Of a stretch of 64,000 nucleotides of DNA, positions 51,701 to 61,422 are shown piece by piece. The stretch's first letter is position 1; the number at the start of each line of letters is the position of its first letter. Position numbers and translations under genes: made by a program. The DNA lies in NCBI GenBank assembly GCA_963706325.1, contig CAVPLT010000004.1, positions 544,001 to 608,000 of the forward strand, written 5' to 3'. Source of the DNA: an uncultured Nitrospiraceae bacterium (GTDB taxonomy: Bacteria > Nitrospirota > Nitrospiria > Nitrospirales > Nitrospiraceae). Below the pieces are notes generated by a model. It saw only the letters and a list, made by a program, of their open reading frames with translations, was not told the origin of the DNA and searched no databases.

Positions 51701-52006
51701 TTGCCGCAACAGCCGCTCCAATCACAGCTACTATTGCGCCAACGCTGTGCTGCTCAATCCAACGGTCTTCTAAGCAGTCTAGTCATGTCAGGACGGGATG
51801 CGCTACCGACAGAGCCTGGTGGGTGGCTAATGAGTCCTCTGGCGTCTAGTAGTGAATTTTCTGTCCCCGGAACCCAATCACCACTCGCCGGTGATCCCGT
51901 GAAACTTTCAGAGACTAGTGAGGCGTGGAAAGGGGAGAGGTCCGATCAGCATAGTGCTGCAACCCGACATGGTCAACGAGACTCAAAGACTGGATGCGGA
52001 TCTTAA
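48746..52006 (+). CDS. Filamentous haemagglutinin N-terminal (TPS) domain exoprotein
   Basis: NLFHSFGEF, RVTGGNPSNIFG, LMNPAGIVFGPNASL; internal repeats of about 100 aa. Confidence 0.92.
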   Translation: MDEFRIFLARGGRQFSSAPLSVLCLLFLTIPVTGFTQATSPITSSGLSTTVTKSGNAYDITGGTRPGSGPNLFHSFGEFGVPANHTANFLNESGLATSNILGRVTGGNPSNIFGTVQTTGFGSANLFLMNPAGIVFGPNASLNVGGSVSFTTADYLRLADGARFNALPGVQDAAISSAPVAAFGFLGSNPGAITVQGSQLSVTYGQSIALVGGDITVQSGTLGNGVTQSARVSAPSGHIQMASTASPGELLTGTLNVSPNVNGQSFGTLGTIDISQQSRLDVSGDHGGTISIRGGQFVLNDAVLAANATGTDFHGGNGSSSPAEITLTADAVTLNNGSYITTDTYGPAPAGHITFNVNALTTDGAGPIRLHASPESFISNPIISETGVLIETTSRSTNAGAGAGGQIIIQGIKGEGSVAQHVNLTDTILHARTFGGTAETRPSSLSITTDTVALSDQVILYTTSNGATPAGNVDLHVNTLRSNMNADGTFIDGRPVLIGGPTELEDTSAGPPGIVTISGPGSGTTDPARLIMLGNTEIDTFASGGSSSKPAPIIMTGDTVSLNNLTILVTTSGATAPAPAGDIVINANTLRINVHPDESPIANANRVYLNSPSGRLDETAGPPGTVTISGIGPELTDAAHLVSLYNAQMSTAVEGGTQALSPGTITITADTMVMSGRTSIFAFSTSPAPAGNIALNVNTLRSNVNPDGTPLNDGQPPSLIASVGAGTESGSGRGGTVTISGVTSGSTDPAKLIALNNTEVSTAVFGGTAGTRPASITMTADTINVTNSPKINTDSAGGAPAGQIALTAKNLTIDHGTVSTSSSGRGSGGPIAITGIEGVFVKNGSTITASSSGQGNAGNITIHAGTQFLSHNSAITTEAAQASGGSIFIRATDSIRLINSQLNTSVQGGPNTSGGNITLDPAVVTLQNSQVRADAVQGNGGNINIIAGTFLFDPTSVVSASSQFGLSGSVNIQSPLSNLSSTMATLPQQPLQSQLLLRQRCAAQSNGLLSSLVMSGRDALPTEPGGWLMSPLASSSEFSVPGTQSPLAGDPVKLSETSEAWKGERSDQHSAATRHGQRDSKTGCGS

Positions 52007-52395
52007 GAGCGCAATCTCGATGGCCGAGTTGCTCACCCTATGGGAAAGGCCGAGCCAGAACGCCATCCCGAAAGCTTGGACGAATATTTAAACGTGAGCC
52101 ATCTCCCTAGGTTCGCGCATTCAACTTAAAGCTCGCAGAAATGGCTTCAATTCCTGCTTCCCCCTGTTGCTCCGTATCAGCGCCTGCCTCAATTTCTCAG
52201 TGGTTCAAGTCAAACTTAACTGGCGCGACATTACCTTTCCCCCTAAGGGCGACAAGAGGCGAAATATCTACCCTGCTATGAAAAGCGTTGTGAATGAGTG
52301 GGGAAGGTGAGGAAAAATTGTAGACCTACTTTATTCTACGGTTGGTCTACACGCAAATTTTATGGCTCGGAAATGTCGCATAAGTTATTGTTACC

Positions 52396-52472
52396 TGGTG
52401 CGCCCGACAGGACTTGAACCTGTAACCTTCTGATCCGTAGTCAGATGCTCTATCCAATTGAGCTACGGGCGC
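52396..52472 (-). tRNA. tRNA-Arg(ACG)
   Basis: GCGCCCGTAGCTCAATTGGATAGAGCATCTGACTACGGATCAGAAGGTTACAGGTTCAAGTCCTGTCGGGCGCACCA; cloverleaf with encoded CCA. Confidence 0.97.
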
Positions 52473-53265
52473 ATGACTGATTTATCGCTGGCTTGTGAGT
52501 ATCGTCGATCTGCGGTTGGTGGGCAAGTGTTAAATAGGTGTTAAAACGCTGAGCGGCTTCCTTCAAGTCGCTCTCGTGGTAGCTGTTGTAGCGCTTAAAA
52601 ACCTCCAAGGTCTTATGCCCGGTGATTCGCATGATAGTCAGGTGGTCAATGCCAGCCCGCCTCATGTTCGTGACAGCGGTATGGCGGAAGTCGTGAAAGT
52701 GAAACCCTCCATCCCGGCTCGCCTGCAGGCCGCTTGGAATGCTGTTTTTACCGAGTGGACTGACTTTCCCTTCACTAAAAAGACATGTGCTTGATTCAAG
52801 TAGCGGATCTTATACAAGTCTTTTAGTCGGGCGGTCAAGTCGCTGGTCAGCGGAATAGCTCGAGCGTCATCGGCGAATAAGCCCGGCTCTCAGGTCGGCC
52901 TTATCCCAGGTGAGGTTGAGGATCTCCCCTCTTCGCATGCCAGTGTGATACGCCATCGCATTGATCGCTTGAAGGTGAGGGGAGGAGTGGAGTTGCAGCC
53001 TTTCAAACTCCTCGGGTGATAGCACACGGTCTCGGGCATTGTTGTCTTTCTCCATTTCACATGACGCATAGGATTCCGTTCTAGCCAGTTCTCCTTCAAC
53101 GCATATGAAAAAAGATGCTTGAGCAACGCCAAATCCCGGTTAACGGTCGATGTCTTGACAGAGACTCCCTTGTAACCTGGCTCCTACGGCGGGTGGCACG
53201 GTATTCTTTGATCATGGCGGGAGTGATAGTGGTGATGAGCCGGTCTCCATAGAGAGGTAGAAGCT
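52450..53265 (-). pseudogene. Tyrosine integrase, fragmented
   Basis: STVNRDLALLK, HTGMRRGEILNL, FHDFRHT, ITGHKT....RY spread over several frames; internal deletion near 52870. Confidence 0.9.
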
Positions 53266-53274
53266 TTCCATTTA

Positions 53275-53574
53275 CTAATTGGACCTTCCAAGCGTAAACG
53301 GCCTGTTGGGCTGCTGCCGGTTTATGCCCATCATCGGCCCTTCTTTGAATTTGAGATCGGAAAATGTGGCTCCGTTTAGATCGCCGCGGCCTTTCACATC
53401 GGTGAGCGACTCGGGAAATCCCATCCCACCATACACTCCGAAGTGAGATTCGGCGTGTGTACTCTTTAGTGGTTCGTCCTTATTTGAAGGATGATCTTCA
53501 GCGATGGCGGGAATAGCGAATATAACAACTAAGAGCGCTACGTACAAACAAATATTGATAGTCATCCCCCGCAT
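53275..53574 (-). pseudogene. Truncated exported/outer-membrane protein
   Basis: Signal peptide and GVYGGMGFP..FSDLK, then ends abruptly next to the integrase remnant. Confidence 0.45.
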
Positions 53575-53635
53575 GTGAAGTCCTTTCGAGATGAACTGTT
53601 AACGTTATCTGAGGCCGGGAACTTCCGAATCGCAT

Positions 53636-54295
53636 TTATAAAGAATGCTGAGCTTCCCGACGAAAGTAGCAAATGAACATGATCATCAATATTATTGAAA
53701 TGCCAAGCTCTGATGTTTCCTCTAGGATCTCGCAGTATCGGGAAATTCCCGTGTCCAGCTTTATGCCCATCCATGCGACTTTACGACCTAGCCCATCTAA
53801 CGTTAGGGAAGTAATAATCGACACTATCACTAGTAGCACCCCCACCGGACGGGCGGATCCTTTTTTGAGCTCCAACAAAAAGTCTGTTCGATGGTTTCTG
53901 ATGATCAGGAACACAATTGCCGCGCCAACAAGAATTATGATCACGCCCATAATCTTTTCATAAAACGGGATGTGCCCTCTAATGTAAAAACTCCCTCTTA
54001 AGATCGACTCGGTCGTGAATCTGGAATGAAAGTCAAGCTCTCTTAACCCGAAGATAACTGGCACCGAAGCCAAATAATAGTATTTCTTAACATATGCGAG
54101 TTTCCCTTGCATTACTAGATAGGCGAAGCATGAGAAATAGAGTATTACAGTAAGTGATTCCACCAATCCGCCTTCGCTTACGAACAGGCCTGTGGTGTAA
54201 TCATCGAATGTGCTGATCACTACAAACAGTAGCAGCACGATAATCATTGAATAGGCGTATAATCTTTTCTCTTCCATCTCTCTCAATAAATCCAT
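53636..54295 (-). CDS. Multi-pass membrane protein (AT-rich cargo)
   Basis: Several TM segments; EGGLVE, RELDFH, LEETSEL. Confidence 0.8.
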   Translation of the reverse strand: MDLLREMEEKRLYAYSMIIVLLLFVVISTFDDYTTGLFVSEGGLVESLTVILYFSCFAYLVMQGKLAYVKKYYYLASVPVIFGLRELDFHSRFTTESILRGSFYIRGHIPFYEKIMGVIIILVGAAIVFLIIRNHRTDFLLELKKGSARPVGVLLVIVSIITSLTLDGLGRKVAWMGIKLDTGISRYCEILEETSELGISIILMIMFICYFRREAQHSL

Positions 54296-54601
54296 GTAAG
54301 TAGGCTATACCGTTATATCTGGCCGTAACTGTTAAGACTGAAAAGATGCTATTGGGTGGGGACCTAAGTCCTAGTAAGCGGCTGGCGAGCGTCGTCACGA
54401 GCTGTGGCTCAAGTCTGATTGTGATCGGGATTTGATCGCCACAGCAGCGGAGAACTGGTTGAAGAAAAAGAAAAGCAAGATTATGAAATTTTTACAACAG
54501 CCGCTTCCATAGTCTATTTTCCGCCGATGTCGTGGGTGTCCTAAAATCAAGGTAGCAGATTATCAGCTGCCGCGACTAGCTGGTTCTAGATTGTCGGTGT
54601 T

Positions 54602-55357
54602 TCAACGTTCCACCGGCTGTGGGATTTGGATCAACTGGTCGACGATCTTATCTAGGGGGCCATAGGATGAGGCCGTCTTGCCAGTCATGAAGTCTGCGAT
54701 GATACTTCCCATGGTGACTCGCGCCGTATCCTCGAAGTAGATTGGCTCCTGACCTATGGCTTCGCTCTCGAGGGCTCCCTCGGCCAGGGAGGTCCAAAGT
54801 AACTCGCCCGTCTGCATATCCCATAATTGCAATGATAGTCGCATGAAACTCGAACGAATACGGGAAATCTTCAAGGCAATAGGAGGAACCTCCCAACGAT
54901 CCTTCGTGATCTGCATGAACTCAATCAGTTTTGGTTGAAATACATAGCGGGTGCCGATTGCCATCCCCAACTTCTTGAGCGACCCGCCGTCCAATAGATG
55001 ACTCTGCATCGCCTCGTTTCTCATCCGTGTGTACTCATTTGCGAGATCGTTCCTGTTAATTAGACTGGCCGCTTCCTGCTGGGTGATGACCTTGAAGCTC
55101 GGTGCAACTGTTTTGAGAACTTGTGCGAGTATGGAATCTAAGCCCGTCTCACTGCCAACTAGTCTCGGCGGGGCTAGAGCTCCGAATATCGCAACAGGCT
55201 CCTGTTTGAGCACCGTCTGATTGAATGTCGGAGAAGTGGGGCTCGAATTAGTTCGGACATGCCATCCGTAGATGGAACTGGAGCATCCAGCGGTAAGCAC
55301 GACAATCAAAATGAGAGCTGCCTGCAGCAAAGCCAAGATCCGCAAGGTATCCTTCAA
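54602..55357 (-). CDS. Putative lipoprotein
   Basis: Lipobox TAGC; LQLWDMQTGELLW. Confidence 0.8.
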   Translation of the reverse strand: MKDTLRILALLQAALILIVVLTAGCSSSIYGWHVRTNSSPTSPTFNQTVLKQEPVAIFGALAPPRLVGSETGLDSILAQVLKTVAPSFKVITQQEAASLINRNDLANEYTRMRNEAMQSHLLDGGSLKKLGMAIGTRYVFQPKLIEFMQITKDRWEVPPIALKISRIRSSFMRLSLQLWDMQTGELLWTSLAEGALESEAIGQEPIYFEDTARVTMGSIIADFMTGKTASSYGPLDKIVDQLIQIPQPVER

Positions 55358-55826
55358 TCTAACGATTCGGCGTAAGAGTCATTTTGCGTGACGAACCGCC
55401 ATTATGTTGTCTAGGTTGCAGCTATTCAAGACTCCCCTATGAGTCTGGTGCCTAAACACCGTGACCCACCATGATCCATGTTGACCTGTGCCATCAAATC
55501 CCACGTTTATGAGATGGGTCTTCTTGCTGAGTGTCCTAAGGTAAGTCTTCGGTGGGACTTTTAATCAGCGGCGTAGTTATGACGGCCCCGTACTCACAGG
55601 TCTTTTGTTTTCACCGCACATTTCCCATAGGAGTCCCATACCCAATGGCGATGGGGGGTGAACCGACGACCGGGGGGTAGGTGTTAGCCGAATGTTAGAA
55701 ATACAGACAAACCGGATGGAATTGGTACGAATTGCTGCTACTGGAAGTGAAGGCCTAACCTTGCTCCAACCGCTGTAGGAGCGGGGAGTGCCCAAGTCGT
55801 CAAGGACTTGAGCAACCCCCTCACGT

Positions 55827-55868
55827 TGATCCGTAGTCAGATGCTCTATCCCATTGAGCTACGGGCGC
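55827..55868 (-). repeat. Duplicated 5' half of tRNA-Arg (att site)
   Basis: 42 bp matching 52431-52472 with one mismatch. Confidence 0.92.
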
Positions 55869-55982
55869 ATGGATCGCATGTGCAGGACCAGCCTGAGGGA
55901 CGTCTACCGAGCTAGCGCGAAACAGCTGCGCCGTTGTACAGCCTTGAGGAAAGACCGGTCAAGCCGTCATTCACCCGTCTGC

Positions 55983-57661
55983 TCAGAACACGCTCCTACT
56001 CAACTCCGACGAAGGCGAACTTTCATTACCGCTCTTGTCGTAAGCGGTCACGACGAAGAAATACGTGGAGCCTAACGGCAATGTCAGTCGCGTCGATGTG
56101 ACATTGCCCACGTCGAACGCCTGCGCGCGCGAGCCGGATGACGTCCCGACATACACACGATACCCTTGAAGGTCTGCTTCCTGATTCGCAGTCCACGAGA
56201 CAGTGACGGTTCCCGTTGCGCCCGTGGGTGGCGGAGGCGGTGTGACGCCGCCGACCGGGGAGGGTGGGGGTGGCGGCGGTGTCGTGCCGGTGGCCGTGAC
56301 GGTAAGGGAGACGGGGATGCGCAAGGTTTGCGATCCGTTAGGGCCGCTCTCACTGATATAGACCACACCCGAATAGGAGCCCACGTTCATGGCGGCAGTG
56401 TTGACGGTCACCGAAATCGGGTCGACTTCGGTCGTGATTGTTTGCGTGCTTCCATAGGGCGGATTGAGGGAGGTCCAGGATTGGTTCGCGCTGATGCTGT
56501 AACTGCTTTGCTGCGTACTGGACTTTTGCAGGTTGAAGATTCCCGTGGCGGTTGAGCCTTTCGGCACTGTAAGGGAGACGACCGACGGGAATGCCTGCAG
56601 CATGGGCGTCAGTGAACCACTTGGTGGTGGCGGCGGCGGGGTTGCCGGGGGCGGCGGAGTGGTCGAGGGCGGGGGCGGCGGGGTGGTTGACGGGGGCGGC
56701 GGAGGTGTCGTCGAAGGAGGGGGTGGCGGCGGCGCAGTCGTGCCGGTGGCCGTCACGGTGAGGGAGACCGGGATGCGCAAGGTTTGCGATCCGTTAGGGC
56801 CGCTTTCGACGATATAAACGACACCCGAATAGGAGCCCACGTTCATGGCGGCAGTGTTGACGGTCACTGAGATGGGGTCGACTTCGCTCGTAATCGTTTG
56901 CGTGCTTCCATAGGGCGGATTGAGAGCGGTCCAGGATTGATTCGCACTGATGCTGTAACTGCTTTGCTGCGAAGCTGGACTTTTGCAGGTTGAAGATTCC
57001 AGACGCAGTGGCGCCTTTCGGGGCCACCAGCGACAAGGCCGCCGGAAAGGCCTGGATCATGGGCGTCAAGGAGCCGCTTGGGGGCGGGGGCGGCGGGGTC
57101 GCCGGAGGCGGCGGCGGCGTCGAAGGCGGGGGCGGCGGCGGTGTAGTTGACGGGCGGCGGCGGCGGTGTCGTCGAGGGAGGGGGTGGCGGCGGGGTGCTG
57201 CCGGCTGCGGTCACGGTGGCCGTCACGGGGATACGCCACGTGGTCGAGACACCGGGGCCGGACTGGCCGATATAGATGGTGCCCGAATAGCTACCAGCCG
57301 ACAATCCCATCGAGGCAGCATTCACGGTGACCGTCAGCACATCGGTCTCGGTAGAAATCGTCTGCGTGCTGCCGTAGGGTGGATTCAACCAAATCCAGGA
57401 TTGGTTGGCGCTGATGAAGTAGGTATGCTGCGCCGTGTCGGATTTTTTGAGACTTAAGGTAGCAGTGCCGGTGCCTCCTTGAGGCACAGTGAGGGAGACG
57501 GCGCTCGGCGTAAATTGAATATTCTGTGCGAACGCGAATGGTCCTCCCGCAGTCGCATCCACCAGCCCAAGCAGCAGCATGAGGCACACAATATTTCCTA
57601 GAGCGCGTGTTCTCACACTTCGTGGTGGAAGGGCGTTGAGTGCTGCGGGCAGGTCGGTCAT
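55983..57661 (-). CDS. Secreted 3x BACON-like + FN3 protein with Pro-rich linkers; two apparent 1-nt frameshifts (about 57151 and 56975)
   Basis: Repeated ANQSW..LNPPYGS..TVTVN..GSYSG domains; C-terminal W.......GYRVY..YFFVVTAYD.SGNES. Confidence 0.8.
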
Positions 57662-58167
57662 GGTGGGTACTCCCTTAGGTGTTTTTCTGAAAGTGGAAAA
57701 TGCAATCGCCTGTTGGTCAGCAACAGTCGTGCCACCGTCACTAATGCCGGTGTTGAGCTTAGTTGTTTGTCGGGAATCACTCAGCAGAATTCGGTGAGAT
57801 TCCGGACAGGGACGAAGGTATGGCCAGACCCTAACGAAAGAAGGACGAATAGGCAAGTAAAAATTTAACATCGTGCAGGTAGGCTCCTTGGAAATAACCG
57901 GTAGAACAGCTCCGTCCATTTACGCAGCCTGTATGACTTCGGCACCTCATTGCACAAAATCGAAAACATAAAAGCGTCGACAGTCGCTTGATCAACTTAG
58001 GAAGTCATACCAAGGCCGGAGGGTTTGAGTCATCTCCATCGCGATGCGCAGAAACTTGTTGACCGTCATCGGCAGCTGATGTATCTGTGTGCGCGCTTTG
58101 ATGGAATACGTAGTCGCCGAGTGAGGTGGAACATGGGATCGCGACCAGACTAGGAACAAAGGAGTCG

Positions 58168-59205
58168 ATGGATATGATCGAACTGCGATATTTGGTCTGC
58201 GTGGTAGTCCTGTGCCTGGCTGGGTACGACGCCCCGCTGGTTGCGGCTGAGGTCGCTCCGGTCCAATCCTCTTCCGTCCAGCGATTCGATCTCGGGATTT
58301 CCGAATGGTTCAGTCAAGGTGAAACGGTGTGGAGCCATAACGCCTCCGGCCTAGATCCGAATCTGGGAAATCCGAGCTCGAAGCTCAAATACAACGATAC
58401 AGGCACGAACGTCACCGAGATCACGGGACGAGTGCAATTGAAGAATAAGGTATTTCTGCGTGGAGCGTTCGGCTATGGCTCCATCGGCGGAGGACGTCTG
58501 ACTGACGACGACTTTCTGAGTGCGCAAGGCGCGGCGTCCCAAGGCGCCACGGTCAGTGGGGAACATCGGTTTTCGCGAACCTATAGCGACATCGGCGGCA
58601 ACAACCTCTGGTACCTCAACGGTGATATCGGCGTGACGACGCATACCTTCCAAGAGAATAAGGGACGCGCTGGGATGTTTGTGGGATTGCAGTATTGGCG
58701 TGAGCAGCATGTGGCCACAGGTGTGACGCAAGCAGAGTGCACGACGGCCTCGTCCCCGAGTTCAGAGTTTCGGTGTTCACCGGCCGGAACAGTGGGATTT
58801 CGCAATCAGACGGTAGTCACGAACACGACGACCTGGCTCTCGGGACGATTTGGCGGTGAAGTCGAGTATAAAATCGATCCGCGTGTCAGCTTGGAAGCCA
58901 AAGCCGCGCTGCTCTTATCCTATCTTAATAATGAGGATGTGCATCACCTGCGGACCGACTTGGCGCAGGACCCAAGCTTTCGGATGACCGGCCTTGGCAT
59001 CGGAACCAATACCGATGTGAATCTTCGTGTCCGGATTTTGGATCGACTCTATCTCACGGGTGGCTATCGAGTGTGGTGGAACCGCGTACTCACTGCAGAT
59101 CAGTGGAAACTCTATGGCGCGGACGGGTCGTCGGCTACTGCCCCCCTGACCCAGTTTCAAACCCTTCGGCACGGACCCACCATCGGGCTGACCTATTCTT
59201 TTTAG
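58168..59205 (+). CDS. Omptin-like outer membrane beta-barrel
   Basis: Signal peptide, SKLKY, G.LTDDDF, NEDVHHLR, terminal GLTYSF. Confidence 0.65.
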   Translation: MDMIELRYLVCVVVLCLAGYDAPLVAAEVAPVQSSSVQRFDLGISEWFSQGETVWSHNASGLDPNLGNPSSKLKYNDTGTNVTEITGRVQLKNKVFLRGAFGYGSIGGGRLTDDDFLSAQGAASQGATVSGEHRFSRTYSDIGGNNLWYLNGDIGVTTHTFQENKGRAGMFVGLQYWREQHVATGVTQAECTTASSPSSEFRCSPAGTVGFRNQTVVTNTTTWLSGRFGGEVEYKIDPRVSLEAKAALLLSYLNNEDVHHLRTDLAQDPSFRMTGLGIGTNTDVNLRVRILDRLYLTGGYRVWWNRVLTADQWKLYGADGSSATAPLTQFQTLRHGPTIGLTYSF

Positions 59206-59338
59206 CCCCCGAAAAAACCGTACCCAGCGGCCGCACTATTTAATTCGTGCTCAGGAGTGCGAGCCCTAACTGCTTCAATCCATATAGGCAAAGACTTGGT
59301 TGGTCTGGCTTGCGTTCCGACGAATGATCCGTACTGAT

Positions 59339-59562
59339 TCAGCGTGATCGGGAAGGGCCGGTTTCTTCTTCGTACTCGGCGAACAGCCGTTTGGCTTCGG
59401 GGTGAAGCAAGTGCTGATGTCCATAACGGACTCCGGCGGTACGAACGACGTCACAAGACCGGTGCTGCCGCGCGGAAATGAGCCGGGACGATCGTCGTCA
59501 TGGGCGATGCTCGCCATATTAGCGGCGAGCAAGGGCGGATCGATGGTGCCGAACGGTTCAGC
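59339..59562 (-). pseudogene. Chimeric remnant of the two helicase genes
   Basis: 59339-59445 matches 61423-61530; 59449-59562 matches 62787-62900. Confidence 0.9.
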
Positions 59563-59705
59563 TTTGGGTTGGCAATCTCACACTATCTGACTTGGACTCT
59601 GCGTGCGAGTACAGGTTCGCTTCAAGCCGTCAGTGTAGCTATTCATTTTGCAGCGGACATTAACCCCACCTACACTGGTTTTAGTGACTCTGCACAGAGG
59701 GCCTA

Positions 59706-60920
59706 TCAATAAATACTCTTGCTGACCTCGTTCGAGTACGGGCTTTCACTGCCACTCGTACTATAGCTGGTCACGACAAAGTAATAGGTAGTCCCCAGGG
59801 TGAGATTGCTCGCCACGTAGGCAGTCACATTCCCAATATCCAGGGGTGTTCCATAACGCCCCGAAGCTGTCCCCATATACAATTTATACCCGGCCAGATT
59901 CGTGCCGGTCACGGGGCTCCAACTGAGCGACGCCTTGGTACTAGACGGGGGTGGTGGGGGTGGAGGTGTGGTCGAAGGTGGTGGCGATGGCGGCGGCGTG
60001 GTGCCGGCCGCCGTGACGGAGAGCGCTACGGGGATGCGCAAGGTTTGTGATCCGTTGGGGCCGCTCTCCACGATATAGACGATGCCCGAGTAGGTCCCCA
60101 CGTTCATGGTTGACGTATTGACCGACACGGTGATGGGGTCGACTTCGCTAGTAATCGTTTGCGTGCTTCCATAGGGCGGATTGAGGGAGGTCCAGGATTG
60201 GTTCGCGCTGATGCTGTAACTACTTTGTTGCGAACTGGACTTTTGCAGATTGAAGATCCCAGACGCAGTGGCGCCCTTGGGGGCCGACAGTGATAGGGCC
60301 GCCGGGAAGGCCTGGAGCAACGGCTTCAGTGAGCCGCTTGGGGGCGGGGGCGGCGGGGACGCCGGAGGCGGGGGGGTGGTCGAAGGCGGGGGAGGCGGCG
60401 GTGTAGTTGAGGGCGGCGGCGGCGGTGTCGTCGAGGGTGGTGGGGGCGGCGGGGTGCTGCCGGCTGCGGTCACGGTAGCCGTCACGGGGATACGCCACGT
60501 GGTCGAGACACCGGGGCCGGATTGGCCGATATAGATGGTGCCTGAATAGCTACCAGCCGACAGTCCCATCGAGGCAGCATTCACGGTGACCGTCAGCACA
60601 TCGGTTTCGGTAGAAATCGTCTGCGTGCTGCCGTAGGGTGGATTCAACCAAATCCAGGATTGGCTGGCGCTGATGAAGTAGGTATGCTGCGCCGTGTCGG
60701 ATTTTTTGAGGCTTAAAGTAGCGGTGCCGGTGCCTCCTTGAGGCACAGTGAGGGAGACGGCGCTCGGCGTAAACTGGATATTCTGTGCGAATGCGAATGG
60801 TCCTCCCGCAGTCGCATCCACCAGCCCAAGCAGGAGCATGAGGCACGCAATATTTCCTGGAGCGCGTGTTCTCACACTTCGTGGTGGAAGTGAGTTGAGT
60901 GCTGCGGGCAGGTCGGTCAT
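59706..60920 (-). CDS. Secreted 2x BACON-like + FN3 protein with Pro-rich linkers
   Basis: N-terminal part nearly identical to the 57661 gene; intact reading frame. Confidence 0.85.
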   Translation of the reverse strand: MTDLPAALNSLPPRSVRTRAPGNIACLMLLLGLVDATAGGPFAFAQNIQFTPSAVSLTVPQGGTGTATLSLKKSDTAQHTYFISASQSWIWLNPPYGSTQTISTETDVLTVTVNAASMGLSAGSYSGTIYIGQSGPGVSTTWRIPVTATVTAAGSTPPPPPPSTTPPPPPSTTPPPPPPSTTPPPPASPPPPPPSGSLKPLLQAFPAALSLSAPKGATASGIFNLQKSSSQQSSYSISANQSWTSLNPPYGSTQTITSEVDPITVSVNTSTMNVGTYSGIVYIVESGPNGSQTLRIPVALSVTAAGTTPPPSPPPSTTPPPPPPPSSTKASLSWSPVTGTNLAGYKLYMGTASGRYGTPLDIGNVTAYVASNLTLGTTYYFVVTSYSTSGSESPYSNEVSKSIY

Positions 60921-61422
60921 GGTGGGTACTCCCTTAGGTGTTTTTCTGAAATGGAAAATGCAATCGCTTGTTGGTGAGCAACAGTCGTGCACTGCAACTC
61001 TCTTCGGGTTACGATTGGTTGTTTGTCGGGAATAGCTCAGCGGGTTAGTTGAGAACCCGTGAGGATACATGTCGGAGCCGACCCTAAGGGAACAAAACAG
61101 AATACGCAAGGATAATTTTACCTCCTCCCATGGATCTCGCGTGGAGAGAATTCCCGTGGGAAGTGCCGCAGCGATTGTGCGAACTGTAGGGAATCGATGC
61201 TTCCTTCGTACAAAAGCGGAATGATCGCGATTCGAAGCAGAGGATTCCCACTGGTATCCATCAGGATGGGTCGCAGGTGTTCGTCGTAACGAATATCCGG
61301 CCGGGTGAGAAAGATGTTGAACTGCTCGGCAGGTAGGGGATTAGTGGATGAGCTGTTTCGGCTGAGATACATAGTCTCGTGGCGGTATAGGCATGAGCTA
61401 TTGACTGGACAACAAAGGGGGG

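Larger units (their letters stand above)
52396..55868. mobile_element. Decayed integrative island in tRNA-Arg
   Basis: Bounded by the tRNA and its duplicated 5' half; contains integrase pseudogene and AT-rich cargo. Confidence 0.8.

Noticed and set aside
55827..55868. Second functional tRNA-Arg
   Set aside because: Lacks the T-arm and the 3' acceptor strand
57940..57955. Sigma-54-like GGCAC..TTGC motif
   Set aside because: Only 9 nt between GG and GC rather than the required 10
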